DNA from: Spirochaetota bacterium
GTDB lineage: Bacteria > Spirochaetota > UBA4802 > UBA5550
Assembly (NCBI GenBank): GCA_963664815.2
Contig: CAXXHB010000002.1
Span: forward strand, 128,001-192,000
Direction: 5' to 3'
DNA: 64,000 nt
The notes beneath the pieces were generated by a model. It saw only the letters and a program-made list of their open reading frames with translations, was not told the DNA's origin and made no database searches. Below are positions 19,916-30,470 of this stretch, one piece after another (within the stretch, counting starts at the first letter, position 1; every line of letters begins with the position of its first letter). The position numbers were made by a program, and so were the translations under genes.

Positions 19916-20539
19916 TTATTCTTCATAGTCATTTCTGATTCTTCTTAAAACCCTGTTTATAGATTCATAATCGAAACCTCTTCCTCTGAGGTAAGCCGAT
20001 ACTTTCACAAAACAATTCTCTTTATCTTTGACCGACATATACTTTTTCATAGCAAGCCCAAATAGGGCATCATCATCCGTAACATCTGCTCCCGATTCCC
20101 GGATAACCTTATCTATAATTTTTCTTCCAACTCCCTTCCTGTGCAGATCCCGGATAATTATATCTTTTCCGGATTTCCCGGATTTTATCTTCTCTTTAAC
20201 GAATGACATGGAGAAATCGTAATCATTGAGATACCCTTTTTCTTTCATATAATCCAGAGTCTCTTCAACATGTTTTTCAGAGAAATTTTTCTTTTTCAGG
20301 TACTGCCTGAGCTCATCAACTGAACGTCCTCTTGCTGAAAGCTGACTGAAAGCCTTTTCCATGCATTCAAACTTTCTTGATTCCTCATAAAGCTCAACAT
20401 AACACTCTGCCGAAAGTGACATACCATCCGATATTTTATACATGGAATATGCATCATAAGATATCTTTATCATTTCGCTGTTATTCAGTTCAAGCTGGAC
20501 TGAGTTCTTATTGAATATCAGTTTTATTATTTCAGGCAT
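19916..20539 (-). CDS. recX: Regulatory protein RecX
   Basis: LSARGRSVDELRQYL, KGYLNDYDF, DLHRKGV and YLRGRGF repeats. Start at ATG 20539, after the AAGGAG SD. Confidence 0.88.
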   Translation of the reverse strand: MPEIIKLIFNKNSVQLELNNSEMIKISYDAYSMYKISDGMSLSAECYVELYEESRKFECMEKAFSQLSARGRSVDELRQYLKKKNFSEKHVEETLDYMKEKGYLNDYDFSMSFVKEKIKSGKSGKDIIIRDLHRKGVGRKIIDKVIRESGADVTDDDALFGLAMKKYMSVKDKENCFVKVSAYLRGRGFDYESINRVLRRIRNDYEE

Positions 20540-20690
20540 CTTTGCTCCTTCTGAATAGTGCATTCAAAGTAAGAAACAACAGGGATATCATATAATGGAT
20601 TCAGTGAAATCTCGGTAATTATTTTCTTTCGCTGTAAAGAGAATAGTAAGACTTTATATTCAGCTTCTTCTTTTTTATGAATTTTAAATA

Positions 20691-20719
20691 AAAAAAGGAT
20701 GCACGAAGCATCCTTTTTT
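20691..20719 (-). terminator. Intrinsic terminator of rplM-rpsI
   Basis: AAAAAAGGATGC-acgaa-GCATCCTTTTTT, just past the rpsI stop; T-tracts on both strands. Confidence 0.85.
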
Positions 20720-20740
20720 GCAATTATATGTAAAAATATC

Positions 20741-21130
20741 TTAACGTTTTGAAAACTGAAATCTTTTTCTGGCTTTTTTCTGACCAGGTTTTTTCCTTTC
20801 GACCTTTCTTGCATCTCTGGTAATGAATCCTGCTTCTCTAAGTGTTTTTTTCAGTTTTTCATCTGTCTGAACAAGACATCTTGCTATACCCATCTTAACT
20901 GCGCCGGCCTGACCTGACCACCCGCCGCCGCAGACATTAGCCATTACATCATAATTTTCAAGCTGACCAACATGTTCGAGAGGCTGCCTTACAATAAGTC
21001 CAAGTGTCATTCTTCTGAAGTATTCACTTATAGGTTTTTTATTGATTATTATCTGACCAGTACCGGGTTTGAGCCATACCCTTGCAACCGAGGTCTTTCT
21101 TCTTCCTGTAGCATAAATCTTTTCCGCCAT
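20741..21130 (-). CDS. rpsI: 30S ribosomal protein S9
   Basis: [35 protein letters not shown]-terminal QFSKR. Confidence 0.99.
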   Translation of the reverse strand: MAEKIYATGRRKTSVARVWLKPGTGQIIINKKPISEYFRRMTLGLIVRQPLEHVGQLENYDVMANVCGGGWSGQAGAVKMGIARCLVQTDEKLKKTLREAGFITRDARKVERKKPGQKKARKRFQFSKR

Positions 21131-21157
21131 TTAACTCTCTCCTTTAAATCCTGTATA

Positions 21158-21598
21158 CTATAGATTGATAATTTCAGGTAATTGTGCACTGTGAGGATGC
21201 TTGTCACCGGCATATATTTTCAAGTTGGTCATCTGTTTACTTGCAAGTTTGCTTTTGGGGAGCATCCCTTTTACAGCATGCATAATTACAAATTCCGGTT
21301 TTTCCTTCATAACTTTCTTGATATTGGTAAATCTGTCACCACCTGGATATTGTGTGTGCTTAAAATAGTCTTTATCGTTAGATTTCATCCCTGTGAGTAC
21401 AACTTTTTCAGCATTGATAACAATAATATTGTCGCCCATATCAAGATTTGGTGTATATTCAGGTTTATTTTTTCCCCTTAGAATGGTTGCAATTTCAGTT
21501 GCAAGCCTTCCAAGTACTTTTCCTTCAGCATCAACAAGATACCATTTTTTCTGAATCTCCGCTTCTTTCATTGAATACGTTTTTTGAATATCCTTCAT
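21158..21598 (-). CDS. rplM: 50S ribosomal protein L13
   Basis: WYLVDAEGKVLGRLA, LRGKNKPEYTP, AVKGMLPK, HPHSAQ. Confidence 0.99.
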   Translation of the reverse strand: MKDIQKTYSMKEAEIQKKWYLVDAEGKVLGRLATEIATILRGKNKPEYTPNLDMGDNIIVINAEKVVLTGMKSNDKDYFKHTQYPGGDRFTNIKKVMKEKPEFVIMHAVKGMLPKSKLASKQMTNLKIYAGDKHPHSAQLPEIINL

Positions 21599-22093
21599 CT
21601 AAAAGCCTCTCATAATTCTGTAAATTCTAAATTTTCTCAATATTTCTCTTTAATCGTCATCGAATAAAAAGTCTAACTATAACAACGCAATTGGGAGCGG
21701 GATAGTTAATAATTACATTTTTTATACTAAATTATATAAAAACCGTCTCTGCAATATTTTTACAGAACAGAAATATAAAACAATATATACCCATAAAGCT
21801 GTCAATAAAATTAATAACAATTTTTATTCAATTTTGAATTAATTCAGGAGAATTAACCTCATTATTAAAAATATATCGAGTTCTAGTAAAAATTTTTATC
21901 TTTGTCAATTATGAAACCTTTAAATTACTTTTTAGACTGAAGATAATTCATAAAAAATTAAATACTAATTATCAGCACTTTTATTATAATTAACAGAGCA
22001 ATTAAGCATATTAATAAAATTGAGTTGAGAAAAATCAAATAAATATTTATGTAGATTGATATTTATTATTTATTAAAAAAGGGGGATATTTAA

Positions 22094-23086
22094 TTGAAAA
22101 ATATTAAGATTTTTACTGCAATTTTTATATTCATATCATTTGTTTCAATGAACGGTACTGCATTTGAGCTTCCAGACAGCATCAGTGGAATCAAAGTTCC
22201 TAAACCGACAGCAGAAATAGTAAATTTTGATATAGATTCAATAAGCCTTACAGATGTTACCCTTCTTTTTGATATTGAGATATCAAATCCCTATCCTGTA
22301 AAGCTTAAGCTCAGTACTGTTTCTTTTGTATTTTTCGTGGACAATAAGCAATTTTTTAAAACATCAACCGACAAACTAAAAATAAAAGCGAAAGGAAAAG
22401 AAACAACTAGGCTTTTTGTAAATATCAAATACGCGGACATGGCTAATATTATTAAAGATTATAAGGAGAAGGATTCTCTGGAGTGTGTTGTTGAAGGTGA
22501 AGTCGTTCTTCCTCTTCCAAAAACTGATAAGACTGTTAAGTTTCCGTTTAAACTTAAAAAGGAAGTCCCTGCTATAAAACCAGATATAAGTATAGCTAAT
22601 TTTACCGTAGCTAAACCTTCAACAGCGGACATTGAGGAGGCAATAAAAAGAGCACAGAAGAAAAACCTTAATGCCGACGCAGTAAAAAATATGTTCGGCG
22701 CAATTCTTGACGGGAAAAATCCTGTGAAGGTTATTGATCCCTCCGACCTTGACCTGAAATTAAAAGTAAATTTTGATGTTGTCATGAAAAATAAAACCAA
22801 GGCAGCTATTTACTTTAATGATCTGAATTATAACTTTAAGGTAAACGATAGTAAACTAGTTGACGGTTACACGAAGGATATTACAAATAAAACCGGCGAA
22901 TATATATTAAGCATAAATAACGATTTCAGCTCAAAAGCTCTGGGTAAAGCTATACTCAAAGCATTTAATGACGGGAAAGGGAATTTTTCATTAACAGGCT
23001 ATTCCATGGTTAAATTTCCTGATAAAATTAAAAAAACCCCGCTGAAATTGAATTTCAATGAAAATGGAGCACTTTCAATAAAATGA
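22094..23086 (+). CDS. Secreted LEA_2/WHy-domain protein (two domains)
   Basis: Signal peptide; FDIEISNPYPVKLKL is the LEA_2 NPN-type motif; a second similar domain begins at VNFDVVMKNK. TTG start with GGGGGA SD. Confidence 0.72.
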   Translation: MKNIKIFTAIFIFISFVSMNGTAFELPDSISGIKVPKPTAEIVNFDIDSISLTDVTLLFDIEISNPYPVKLKLSTVSFVFFVDNKQFFKTSTDKLKIKAKGKETTRLFVNIKYADMANIIKDYKEKDSLECVVEGEVVLPLPKTDKTVKFPFKLKKEVPAIKPDISIANFTVAKPSTADIEEAIKRAQKKNLNADAVKNMFGAILDGKNPVKVIDPSDLDLKLKVNFDVVMKNKTKAAIYFNDLNYNFKVNDSKLVDGYTKDITNKTGEYILSINNDFSSKALGKAILKAFNDGKGNFSLTGYSMVKFPDKIKKTPLKLNFNENGALSIK

Positions 23087-24144
23087 TAATACCTGTAATA
23101 ATGGCGGGCGGAGCGGGCACAAGACTCTGGCCGATGAGCACAGAAGAAAAACCTAAACAGTTTCATAATATGTCCGGTCGTGGTACTCTTCTTCAGGAGA
23201 CCATAAACAGACTTAAACCTGTTTCTCCTGAAGAAATAGTAATAGTAACTGCAAGAAAATATGAGAGTCTTTCATTGGAGGAGATAAAAAACGCAGGACT
23301 TAAAGGCACGGTACTTTCTGAACCAATGCCTAGAAATACTGCTGCAGCAATCTTTTATGCAGCCATGTTTCTGAAAAAGAAATACAATGATCCTGTAATG
23401 GTGGTTCTCCCTGCAGATCATTTTATCAGCGATATTGCCGGATTTACCAATATTATAAAAAAAGCTGTATCCCTTGCAGAGAATGGTTCTCTTGCAACAA
23501 TTGGAATTAAACCAGATTATCCGGAAACAGGTTACGGCTATATTAAAGGAACTACTCTTACCAATGGCGCCTCTCTGGTTGAAAAATTTGTTGAAAAACC
23601 GGGTCTTGAAACAGCTAAGCAATATATTGCTGATGGAAATTATTACTGGAACAGCGGAATATTTTCCTGGAAATGCTCTGTAATAATTGACCGATTCCAA
23701 GAGCTCCTCCCTGAAATGTATAATCAGTTTATGAAATTTGATACTCTTTCTTATGAACATATAGCCTCTAATTCATCTGAAATCTGGGCGCTGAAAGAAA
23801 AGATTTTTTCCGAAATTCAATCTATATCAATAGATAATGGCATCCTTGAAAATTCCGGGAACAGAATGGTCATACCTGCGGAATTCGGCTGGGCTGATCT
23901 TGGAAGCTGGAAATCAGTTGATGATATCCTTGACCCTGATAATAACAGAAACAGAACTCAATCCCCTGAAAACTCTATTTTTGTAGAAAGTGGAGATTGC
24001 ACTATTCTCAGTGAAGGAATGAGAATAGCGTTAGTTGGAGTTTCAAATTTAGTAGTTGTCCAGTCAGGAAATAACATTCTGGTTATTGATAAAGATTCAT
24101 CACAGAGTGTCAGAACTGTAGTTGATATTATCAGGAAGAGTTAA
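23083..24144 (+). CDS. manC: Mannose-1-phosphate guanylyltransferase
   Basis: MAGGAGTRLWP.S, PKQF, RNTAAA, LPADH, ETGYGYI, FVEKP, WNSGIF, WADLGSW. No cupin PMI domain. Confidence 0.95.
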   Translation: MIIPVIMAGGAGTRLWPMSTEEKPKQFHNMSGRGTLLQETINRLKPVSPEEIVIVTARKYESLSLEEIKNAGLKGTVLSEPMPRNTAAAIFYAAMFLKKKYNDPVMVVLPADHFISDIAGFTNIIKKAVSLAENGSLATIGIKPDYPETGYGYIKGTTLTNGASLVEKFVEKPGLETAKQYIADGNYYWNSGIFSWKCSVIIDRFQELLPEMYNQFMKFDTLSYEHIASNSSEIWALKEKIFSEIQSISIDNGILENSGNRMVIPAEFGWADLGSWKSVDDILDPDNNRNRTQSPENSIFVESGDCTILSEGMRIALVGVSNLVVVQSGNNILVIDKDSSQSVRTVVDIIRKS

Positions 24145-25098
24145 AAAAACAGTTTCATCTTAATAAGACAGAAAAACTACAAAATTCAATTTAATGGATA
24201 TAGAACTATACATTATCCATATGTCAAATATTCTGTCGGCATATGTTTTTCATAAACTCCCTGATACTGATAGTAACTTCGTAATCTTCCATTGAATTCC
24301 TTCTGGTATTATAACTCCATTTTTATTACAGCTTGTAAATAATTGAATCTATCAATTCTGAAAGCAAAAAAAACACAGATTAAATCTGAAAACATTTAAA
24401 AATGTGACGACAACCGGGCATCAATAATGATTTTTTTTAATAGCAACTTAAATTCTTTTAAACCGCCTTATATACATATGTATTTCCTTTTATAGAGTAT
24501 TTCTTATTAAAATCTTATACCTAATAAAAAAATATAATTTTTAACAGAGAATAAACTGACTCTAGTGGCTTAATCACAGTGTTTATCAAATAAAGGTGCG
24601 TTTGAGTTGGCACTCTGTAATATTTCTTTTATTTAGAGTTAAACTAAAATAACCGATATTAATTTCAATTGATAATAAGGTAATTATACAATATTCTATG
24701 CTAAAATTTAAAATTATTAACAAAAATGGAGTAATGTGGTCTTTTTTTTAAAAAAATTTTAAAAATATCTAATTTGAAGTAGTATAATTAAAAAAAATTA
24801 TTTACGTAAATTGTTGTGTTTTGCAGAATTTAAAAAACCGTTCGGACGGGAGTTTTATACCGTCTGGAAATATGTATAATGTTTACAATTTTTCGATAAA
24901 GGAGGAAGTGAAATTACAAATCAGCTAAATCTGTTTTCAATTAATTTTAATTCATTAAATCATAATATTCTTAACGGATTTTTAATCAACATTTTCAGAG
25001 TAATTTATGTTTTATGAATTACACGTATTTTTATCAGAAACTTTATAAAAAGAGACGCATTACCAAATAAGCACTTAATAAAAGGAGAAAGAGATAAA

Positions 25099-26472
25099 AT
25101 GAGCAATGTGAATCAAATGTACAAAGAAAAGTTAAGGACAGCCGCTGAAGTTGCCAAAATGGTTAAATCCGGAGAGTGGCTGGACATAGGAATGTTCAAC
25201 GGTAAATCTGTAGCTTTTGAAAGAGAGCTGGCAAACCGTAAAGATGAATTGCGGGACATTGTTGTTTTTACCGGAGTTTCAATGCTGCCGGTTCCTCAAA
25301 TGCTTATGAAAGACCCTATGGGAGAGGTTTTTACTTATGTTGACTACCATTTCAGTCCTTTAAGCCGTATAGTACAGGAAAAACGCAATAATGTGTTTTA
25401 CAGCCCGACACAGTTTGGCGAGTCTGAAGAATGGTTTGAATTGAAGTATAATGATCCTGATAAAATCGGGACTGACCACAGGGATTGGACAGTCTACAGA
25501 ACAACTCCTATGGACAAGGATGGATATTTCAACTTTGGTCTTCAAAATGGTATTACATATGTTCAAATGTTGTCTGCCAAAAAATGTGTTGTTGAAATTT
25601 GTTCAGAAATGCCATACTGTCTTGGTGGAACAAGAGAACGTATCCATATATCGGATGTTGATTTCGTAATTGAAGAAGATTCCCCAATTTCAGAAATGGC
25701 TAATGCTGAACCATCAGATATCGATCGTAAAATTGCACAGCATGTACTTCCTCATATTAAAAATGGCGATACTATTCAACTTGGTATAGGTGGTATGCCA
25801 AACGCCCTCGGACAGATTATCTGCGAAACTGATCTCAAGGATCTTGGCGGACATACTGAAATGCTCGGTGAAGCATATATGGGTATGATGGAATCCGGTA
25901 AAATGAACAATAAAAAGAAAGTGCTGGATAAAGATAAGACTGTTTATACTTTTGCTGCCGGTACAAAAAAGCTTTATAACTGGATGGATCACAATGCCGC
26001 ATTGGCATCATATAATGTTCACTGGGTAAATAACCCCATTAATCTTTCAAGGATTGACAACCTTATATCAATCAATCAGGCTCTTGAGGTTGACCTTTAC
26101 AATCAGGTCAGTGCTGAAAGCTCCGGCTTCAAACAGATTTCTGGTAATGGCGGAATGCTTGATTTTGTTCTTGGTGCATTCTATTCAAAAGGTGGAAGAA
26201 GTTTAATTTGTCTTCCGTCCACTCATACCGACAAACAGGGAAATGTTACTTCAAGAATTGTTCCGAGTTTTGCTACAGGTACAATCACTACTGTTCCACG
26301 TCAGAGTACAAACTTTATTGTTACTGAATATGGTTCTATTTCACTCAAAGGCCATAACACATGGAAGAGAGCTGAACTGATTATTTCAATAGCTCACCCT
26401 GATTTCCGTGAAGAGTTGATAAAAGCTGCTGAAGAACGCAAAATATGGAGAAAAACAAACAAGATTTCATAA
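25099..26472 (+). CDS. Butyryl-CoA:acetate CoA-transferase-like protein (acetyl-CoA hydrolase/transferase family)
   Basis: QLGIGGMPN, LGGHTEM, QISGNGGMLDF.LGA, IVTEYG, and a But-like C-terminus IAHPDFREELIKAAE..IWRKTNK. Confidence 0.9.
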   Translation: MSNVNQMYKEKLRTAAEVAKMVKSGEWLDIGMFNGKSVAFERELANRKDELRDIVVFTGVSMLPVPQMLMKDPMGEVFTYVDYHFSPLSRIVQEKRNNVFYSPTQFGESEEWFELKYNDPDKIGTDHRDWTVYRTTPMDKDGYFNFGLQNGITYVQMLSAKKCVVEICSEMPYCLGGTRERIHISDVDFVIEEDSPISEMANAEPSDIDRKIAQHVLPHIKNGDTIQLGIGGMPNALGQIICETDLKDLGGHTEMLGEAYMGMMESGKMNNKKKVLDKDKTVYTFAAGTKKLYNWMDHNAALASYNVHWVNNPINLSRIDNLISINQALEVDLYNQVSAESSGFKQISGNGGMLDFVLGAFYSKGGRSLICLPSTHTDKQGNVTSRIVPSFATGTITTVPRQSTNFIVTEYGSISLKGHNTWKRAELIISIAHPDFREELIKAAEERKIWRKTNKIS

Positions 26473-26511
26473 ACATATAAAATCATCAATTGATGATAGT
26501 GATTTTATATT

Positions 26512-26550
26512 AAACCGGCGGGTACACATCCATTTACCCGCCGGTTTTTT
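26512..26550 (+). terminator. Intrinsic terminator
   Basis: AAACCGGCGGGTA-10 nt-TACCCGCCGGTTT followed by a T-run, between convergent genes. Confidence 0.9.
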
Positions 26551-26612
26551 ATTTAATGAAAAAATATATTTCAATACAGAGTCTCTGCAATATGTAATAC
26601 CTGCTGCTTCTT

Positions 26613-27155
26613 TCAGAATTTATCGATATGAATAAATTCGGAAACCTCCCGTCTTTTAGGTCCCTCTTTTTTCAGCTCTACAGGTTTCCCAACCGGCAGG
26701 ACCCCTATAAGTTCATATGGATACTTTACATTCAGCAGCTCTGCACATTTTACATGATCCATCGATCCGACTACTACACTTCCAAGTCCCATATCATGGG
26801 CTTTAAGCTGCAGATTCTGTACTGCAAGACCAAGATCAAACATATACCAAGAATCGAATTTTGTTCTTTTCACTCCGTCACGATAACCGGAGTGATTGCT
26901 TTTACCGCAGAAAGCAATCAATACTGATGCTGATTCTGAACATTTTCTTGCGGGATTGTTTTCTGCATAAGTTTCTACAACCTTTTTTATCAGTTCTTTG
27001 TCTCTGATAATAATAAACTCCCAACACTGTGTATTTGACCATGACGGAGCCCACCTGCCAGCTTCGAGAATTCTGTTTATTTCTTCATCAGTTACATAAT
27101 AATCGGTGAATTTCCGTACGGATCTTCTTGTCATTATCGCATCATGTAGTTCCAT
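26613..27155 (-). CDS. Nitroreductase family protein
   Basis: IMTRRSVRKF, GRWAPSWSNTQCWEF, D.GLAVQNLQLKA..GLGS. Start at ATG 27155, after GAGGTG. Confidence 0.92.
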   Translation of the reverse strand: MELHDAIMTRRSVRKFTDYYVTDEEINRILEAGRWAPSWSNTQCWEFIIIRDKELIKKVVETYAENNPARKCSESASVLIAFCGKSNHSGYRDGVKRTKFDSWYMFDLGLAVQNLQLKAHDMGLGSVVVGSMDHVKCAELLNVKYPYELIGVLPVGKPVELKKEGPKRREVSEFIHIDKF

Positions 27156-27269
27156 AAAACACCTCACATTATATTTTTTCTTTGCCACCGTTGACAGAAA
27201 AGAAGAGTGACGATGATTAAAATCCACTCAAGCCTCCGCCGTTAGCCTAAAGTGTGGCACAGCTGATTA

Positions 27270-28196
27270 TTAATTCAAGCCAGTAATGATTTGCCGAATA
27301 ATATCTATAAATTTCTCCATTCCGTTATTAATTTTTTCTAAAACTTCAGATAATGAAAAAAGATCACCGTCATATTTAGCTAATTCATACCTGATTTCTC
27401 TGCTCAATTCATCCTGTGAAAATGTATTATACTGTGACGAATATATGATTTTAAAATCGTTTCTTACTGTCCCGGTAAGCTCTGCATGATACTCTGTTGG
27501 ATTAAGTGCAGCTATTGCACACCCACAGGCATCCGCTTCAAACATGGTTAATCCGAAATGTGTTATAATAATTTTTGTCCTGACCAGTACTTCCGCATAT
27601 GATATTTCTGTTTGTGAAAAACCTCCGGTTAAAGTGAAGATTTTTCCACCTTTGAGGATTACCGAAGAACCGGATTCAGGTACTGCGTTTCTGATAGATG
27701 TGACAAGTTCATGCGGCGGATTATACCCTGCATAAACTGCTACATCAATATCACGTTTAAAAGAATATTTTTCTGAAAGCAGTTTAATCCCTTCAGAAAA
27801 ATTGTATCCATACAGAAAAAGCGATTTATCAGGTTTATTAATTCTCAGGTTTTCCAGTGGAAGAGGAAGAAGGTTTATTGCATATTCGGCCATTTTACTT
27901 CCCGGACCGGAATCATCAATGACAATAACAGGCGCAATCTGTTTCAGAAGTTTTATTTCTTCCGGAGAAGAATCTCTCATGTCACGAATAATTAAATCAG
28001 CATCCGGCGGAATAGAATCAACAAGCAGATAACTGAATTTTTCATCAATGGGGATATCATTTTGTTTTAGTGCAATATTAGCAGAAAAATCCGTTGTCCG
28101 ATTTAAATTTACAGCAAGACTAAGCATTCTCTGAAGATGCCCTGTCCCGAGAATGCCGCCGGTTCCTGAGACAATTATAATCTTTTTTTTATCCAT
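27270..28196 (-). CDS. SpsG/PseG-like GT-B fold protein
   Basis: N-terminal GTGHLQRMLSLA and VIVIDD; C-terminal ITHFGLTMFEA resembles the PseG/SpsG 'GG.T.YE' motif. Overlaps the SpsF-like gene. Confidence 0.65.
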   Translation of the reverse strand: MDKKKIIIVSGTGGILGTGHLQRMLSLAVNLNRTTDFSANIALKQNDIPIDEKFSYLLVDSIPPDADLIIRDMRDSSPEEIKLLKQIAPVIVIDDSGPGSKMAEYAINLLPLPLENLRINKPDKSLFLYGYNFSEGIKLLSEKYSFKRDIDVAVYAGYNPPHELVTSIRNAVPESGSSVILKGGKIFTLTGGFSQTEISYAEVLVRTKIIITHFGLTMFEADACGCAIAALNPTEYHAELTGTVRNDFKIIYSSQYNTFSQDELSREIRYELAKYDGDLFSLSEVLEKINNGMEKFIDIIRQIITGLN

Positions 28197-28926
28197 GGCT
28201 GTGATGAGTCATAGGTCTCTGTTCAACACCATTATTGATAAAACGGAGTTCCGGTTTCTTACTTATAAGATCTATGACCTCAGATAATTCAATCGGTTTA
28301 TTATGATAGAGCTCATTATATATTGCATTCATAAGCTTATAATCATCAGCAGTATCAACCGTCAACCGAAGATCGGGGAATGGATTTGACAAAGTTGATT
28401 TATAACTTAGTATTTTAAATAATTCCGGATTTTCTTTTATATAAGGAGTTACATGTTCCCTGTGATGAAGCTCTGTACCATTTTTGTAAGCTGTATCAAT
28501 GGCGGATTTTTTTATTACTTCAACCCCGGTTCCAAGAGGAATACCAGAAGTAGTACAATGGTCAGCATTCTGCTTAATGGCATAATTCAAAGCGCAGGAA
28601 GCTGATTTATGATCAGTAAGAGGATTGTCTCCTGTTACCCGTATTATATAATCACAGTCAGTATTTTCTGAGGCCATGAAGTATCTCTCAAGAACGTCGT
28701 TTTCCGGACCGATGAAAGATTCTATTCCACACTGTGAACTTATTTCAAGCAAAGGGCTGTTTTCATAACCATTACCTGTTGCAAGAATAACTGTATCTAT
28801 ATCTTTAATCAGTTTTGCCCGTTCAATCACGTGAAAAATCATGGGTTTTCCACAAAGATCAAGCAGGGCTTTATTCAAAAGCCTGGTTGATAAGATTCGA
28901 GCCTGTATTATTGCTACCGCTTTCAT
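28189..28926 (-). CDS. SpsF-like acylneuraminate cytidylyltransferase family protein
   Basis: IIQARILSTRL, ENDVLERY, RVTGDNP, HREHVTPYI, LRLTVDT..DY. Confidence 0.9.
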   Translation of the reverse strand: MKAVAIIQARILSTRLLNKALLDLCGKPMIFHVIERAKLIKDIDTVILATGNGYENSPLLEISSQCGIESFIGPENDVLERYFMASENTDCDYIIRVTGDNPLTDHKSASCALNYAIKQNADHCTTSGIPLGTGVEVIKKSAIDTAYKNGTELHHREHVTPYIKENPELFKILSYKSTLSNPFPDLRLTVDTADDYKLMNAIYNELYHNKPIELSEVIDLISKKPELRFINNGVEQRPMTHHSHG

Positions 28927-28940
28927 TTTATATGAAGTAA

Positions 28941-30464
28941 TCAGAAATTAAATGTATACCACTCATCACAATTCCTGCAATCAGGTTCATCAGTGAAACA
29001 TTTGTTGTAATTATCAATAAAATATTGACCCTGTTTGTCCCATATTTCTTTCAGAGTCATTGTCTTTATACTGCCGCAGGGATAACTTCCATCTATATCC
29101 TGCTTACAAAATGATACTGTTCCATCGGAGAGTATATACAAGTCCCGCTGCAGGTGCCAACATGGTGTTCTCTTCACGGGTGAAAGATCCGAGTATTTTC
29201 TATCAGGAATCCTTCCAAAATAAGTATTCTGTTTCTGCAGGATAATTGGAATTTTCTGCCCCTCCCAAAAATCGTAGTATTTATCAAGGTATGATTTTAT
29301 ATCATTCTCATTTGAGAACTCGTCGGTTTCATTTATTTTCATTATCTGAATATAAACCCTTTCTTCCATGGAATTGAGTTCTTTTAGTGATATAATGTTT
29401 TTCAGTACCAGATCAAAAGCATCCGTTCCATGATACTTTTGGTATGATTCTTTATCTATTCCGTTGTTATTGACTATAATTTTGATTCTGGAATTTTCAG
29501 TTTTAGACATAAAACTTTTAAAGTTTGAGTCTGCCAGTATTCCGTTAGTTTCAATTACAAGCTGCTCAACCAAATCTTCTTTTAAGGCTGTTTCCATGAA
29601 CGAATAAAATCCCGGATGCTCCATAGGTTCTCCGGAACCTGTGAAACAGAGAGTGTATGGCAGAGAAAAATCATGCATGCCTTCAAGGATTTTATTAAAA
29701 GCCCCCACTTCCATGTTGCCATGCCCGGGCGAGCTAAGAGCTTTTCTGTAACAAAAAATACAATCAAGTGAACATTTACCGGTCAGCTCAAGTTCCAGAT
29801 ATGAAGGACTGATAAATAGTGTTTCTGGATTTGATTCTATTAAACTTTTAATTTCTGAATACTGAGGTATTGTTTTCTTTATATTACAGAGATTCTCCAT
29901 TATTCTGCGATCACGTTTGTTGTTAAGCCGGAAAGATATTCTTTTGTTCCTTATATCAGGCTCTTTGTAAAAAAGTTCAACGTCAAATTTGTTTATATTT
30001 GCCCTGATCACTTTTCCAAGCGGGAGAGTCTTTTCATCAATATCCGGAACCTGGTTTATGAGTTCATGTGAAATTATCTCACAGGCGAATCCTTCGGGCA
30101 GATTTTCAGAAAATGTGAATTCTGCCAGATACTTGACATGAACATCCAGCATCTCTTTTAGAATCTCATGATCAAAGAAAGGGGAATCTCCGTTTAAAAC
30201 TACAGCGTGATCGGAAGATGTTGTAGTAAAAAAATTTTTCCAGAAGGATATATCATCATTCCCTTCCCGTTTAAGTACATTTGAGAATGTTTTAAGCTTT
30301 CCATTGTAACTGGAGGATATTGAATAAAACACTCTGAAATCAGGGAATGCTTTTTTTATATTCTCTCCGATCATTTCCGGCACAAACGAATTATTAAAAT
30401 ACAGATCTGTTTCGTTTATTCCATCATCGATTTTTATTAATACTCCAATATTCTCAGTTGCCAT
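28941..30464 (-). CDS. Spiro-SPASM protein (cytidylyltransferase-like N-domain, radical SAM, SPASM)
   Basis: N-terminal DSPFFD..H..YLAEFTFSENLPEG, CSLDCIFC (CxxxCxxC), GSGEP, DLSPVKRTPCWHLQRD, FCKQD, terminal CRNCDEWYTFNF. Confidence 0.88.
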   Translation of the reverse strand: MATENIGVLIKIDDGINETDLYFNNSFVPEMIGENIKKAFPDFRVFYSISSSYNGKLKTFSNVLKREGNDDISFWKNFFTTTSSDHAVVLNGDSPFFDHEILKEMLDVHVKYLAEFTFSENLPEGFACEIISHELINQVPDIDEKTLPLGKVIRANINKFDVELFYKEPDIRNKRISFRLNNKRDRRIMENLCNIKKTIPQYSEIKSLIESNPETLFISPSYLELELTGKCSLDCIFCYRKALSSPGHGNMEVGAFNKILEGMHDFSLPYTLCFTGSGEPMEHPGFYSFMETALKEDLVEQLVIETNGILADSNFKSFMSKTENSRIKIIVNNNGIDKESYQKYHGTDAFDLVLKNIISLKELNSMEERVYIQIMKINETDEFSNENDIKSYLDKYYDFWEGQKIPIILQKQNTYFGRIPDRKYSDLSPVKRTPCWHLQRDLYILSDGTVSFCKQDIDGSYPCGSIKTMTLKEIWDKQGQYFIDNYNKCFTDEPDCRNCDEWYTFNF

Positions 30465-30470
30465 GAGGCG

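Noticed and set aside
20527-20814. 95-aa minus-strand ORF between rpsI and recX
   Set aside because: It overlaps rpsI out of frame and runs through the terminator hairpin.
24225-24293. 22-codon minus-strand ORF MEDYEVTISIREFMKNICRQNI with GAAGGA upstream
   Set aside because: Too short to support, and no recognisable motif.
24607-24625. TTGGCAC as a sigma54 -24 element
   Set aside because: No TTGC -12 element at the required spacing.
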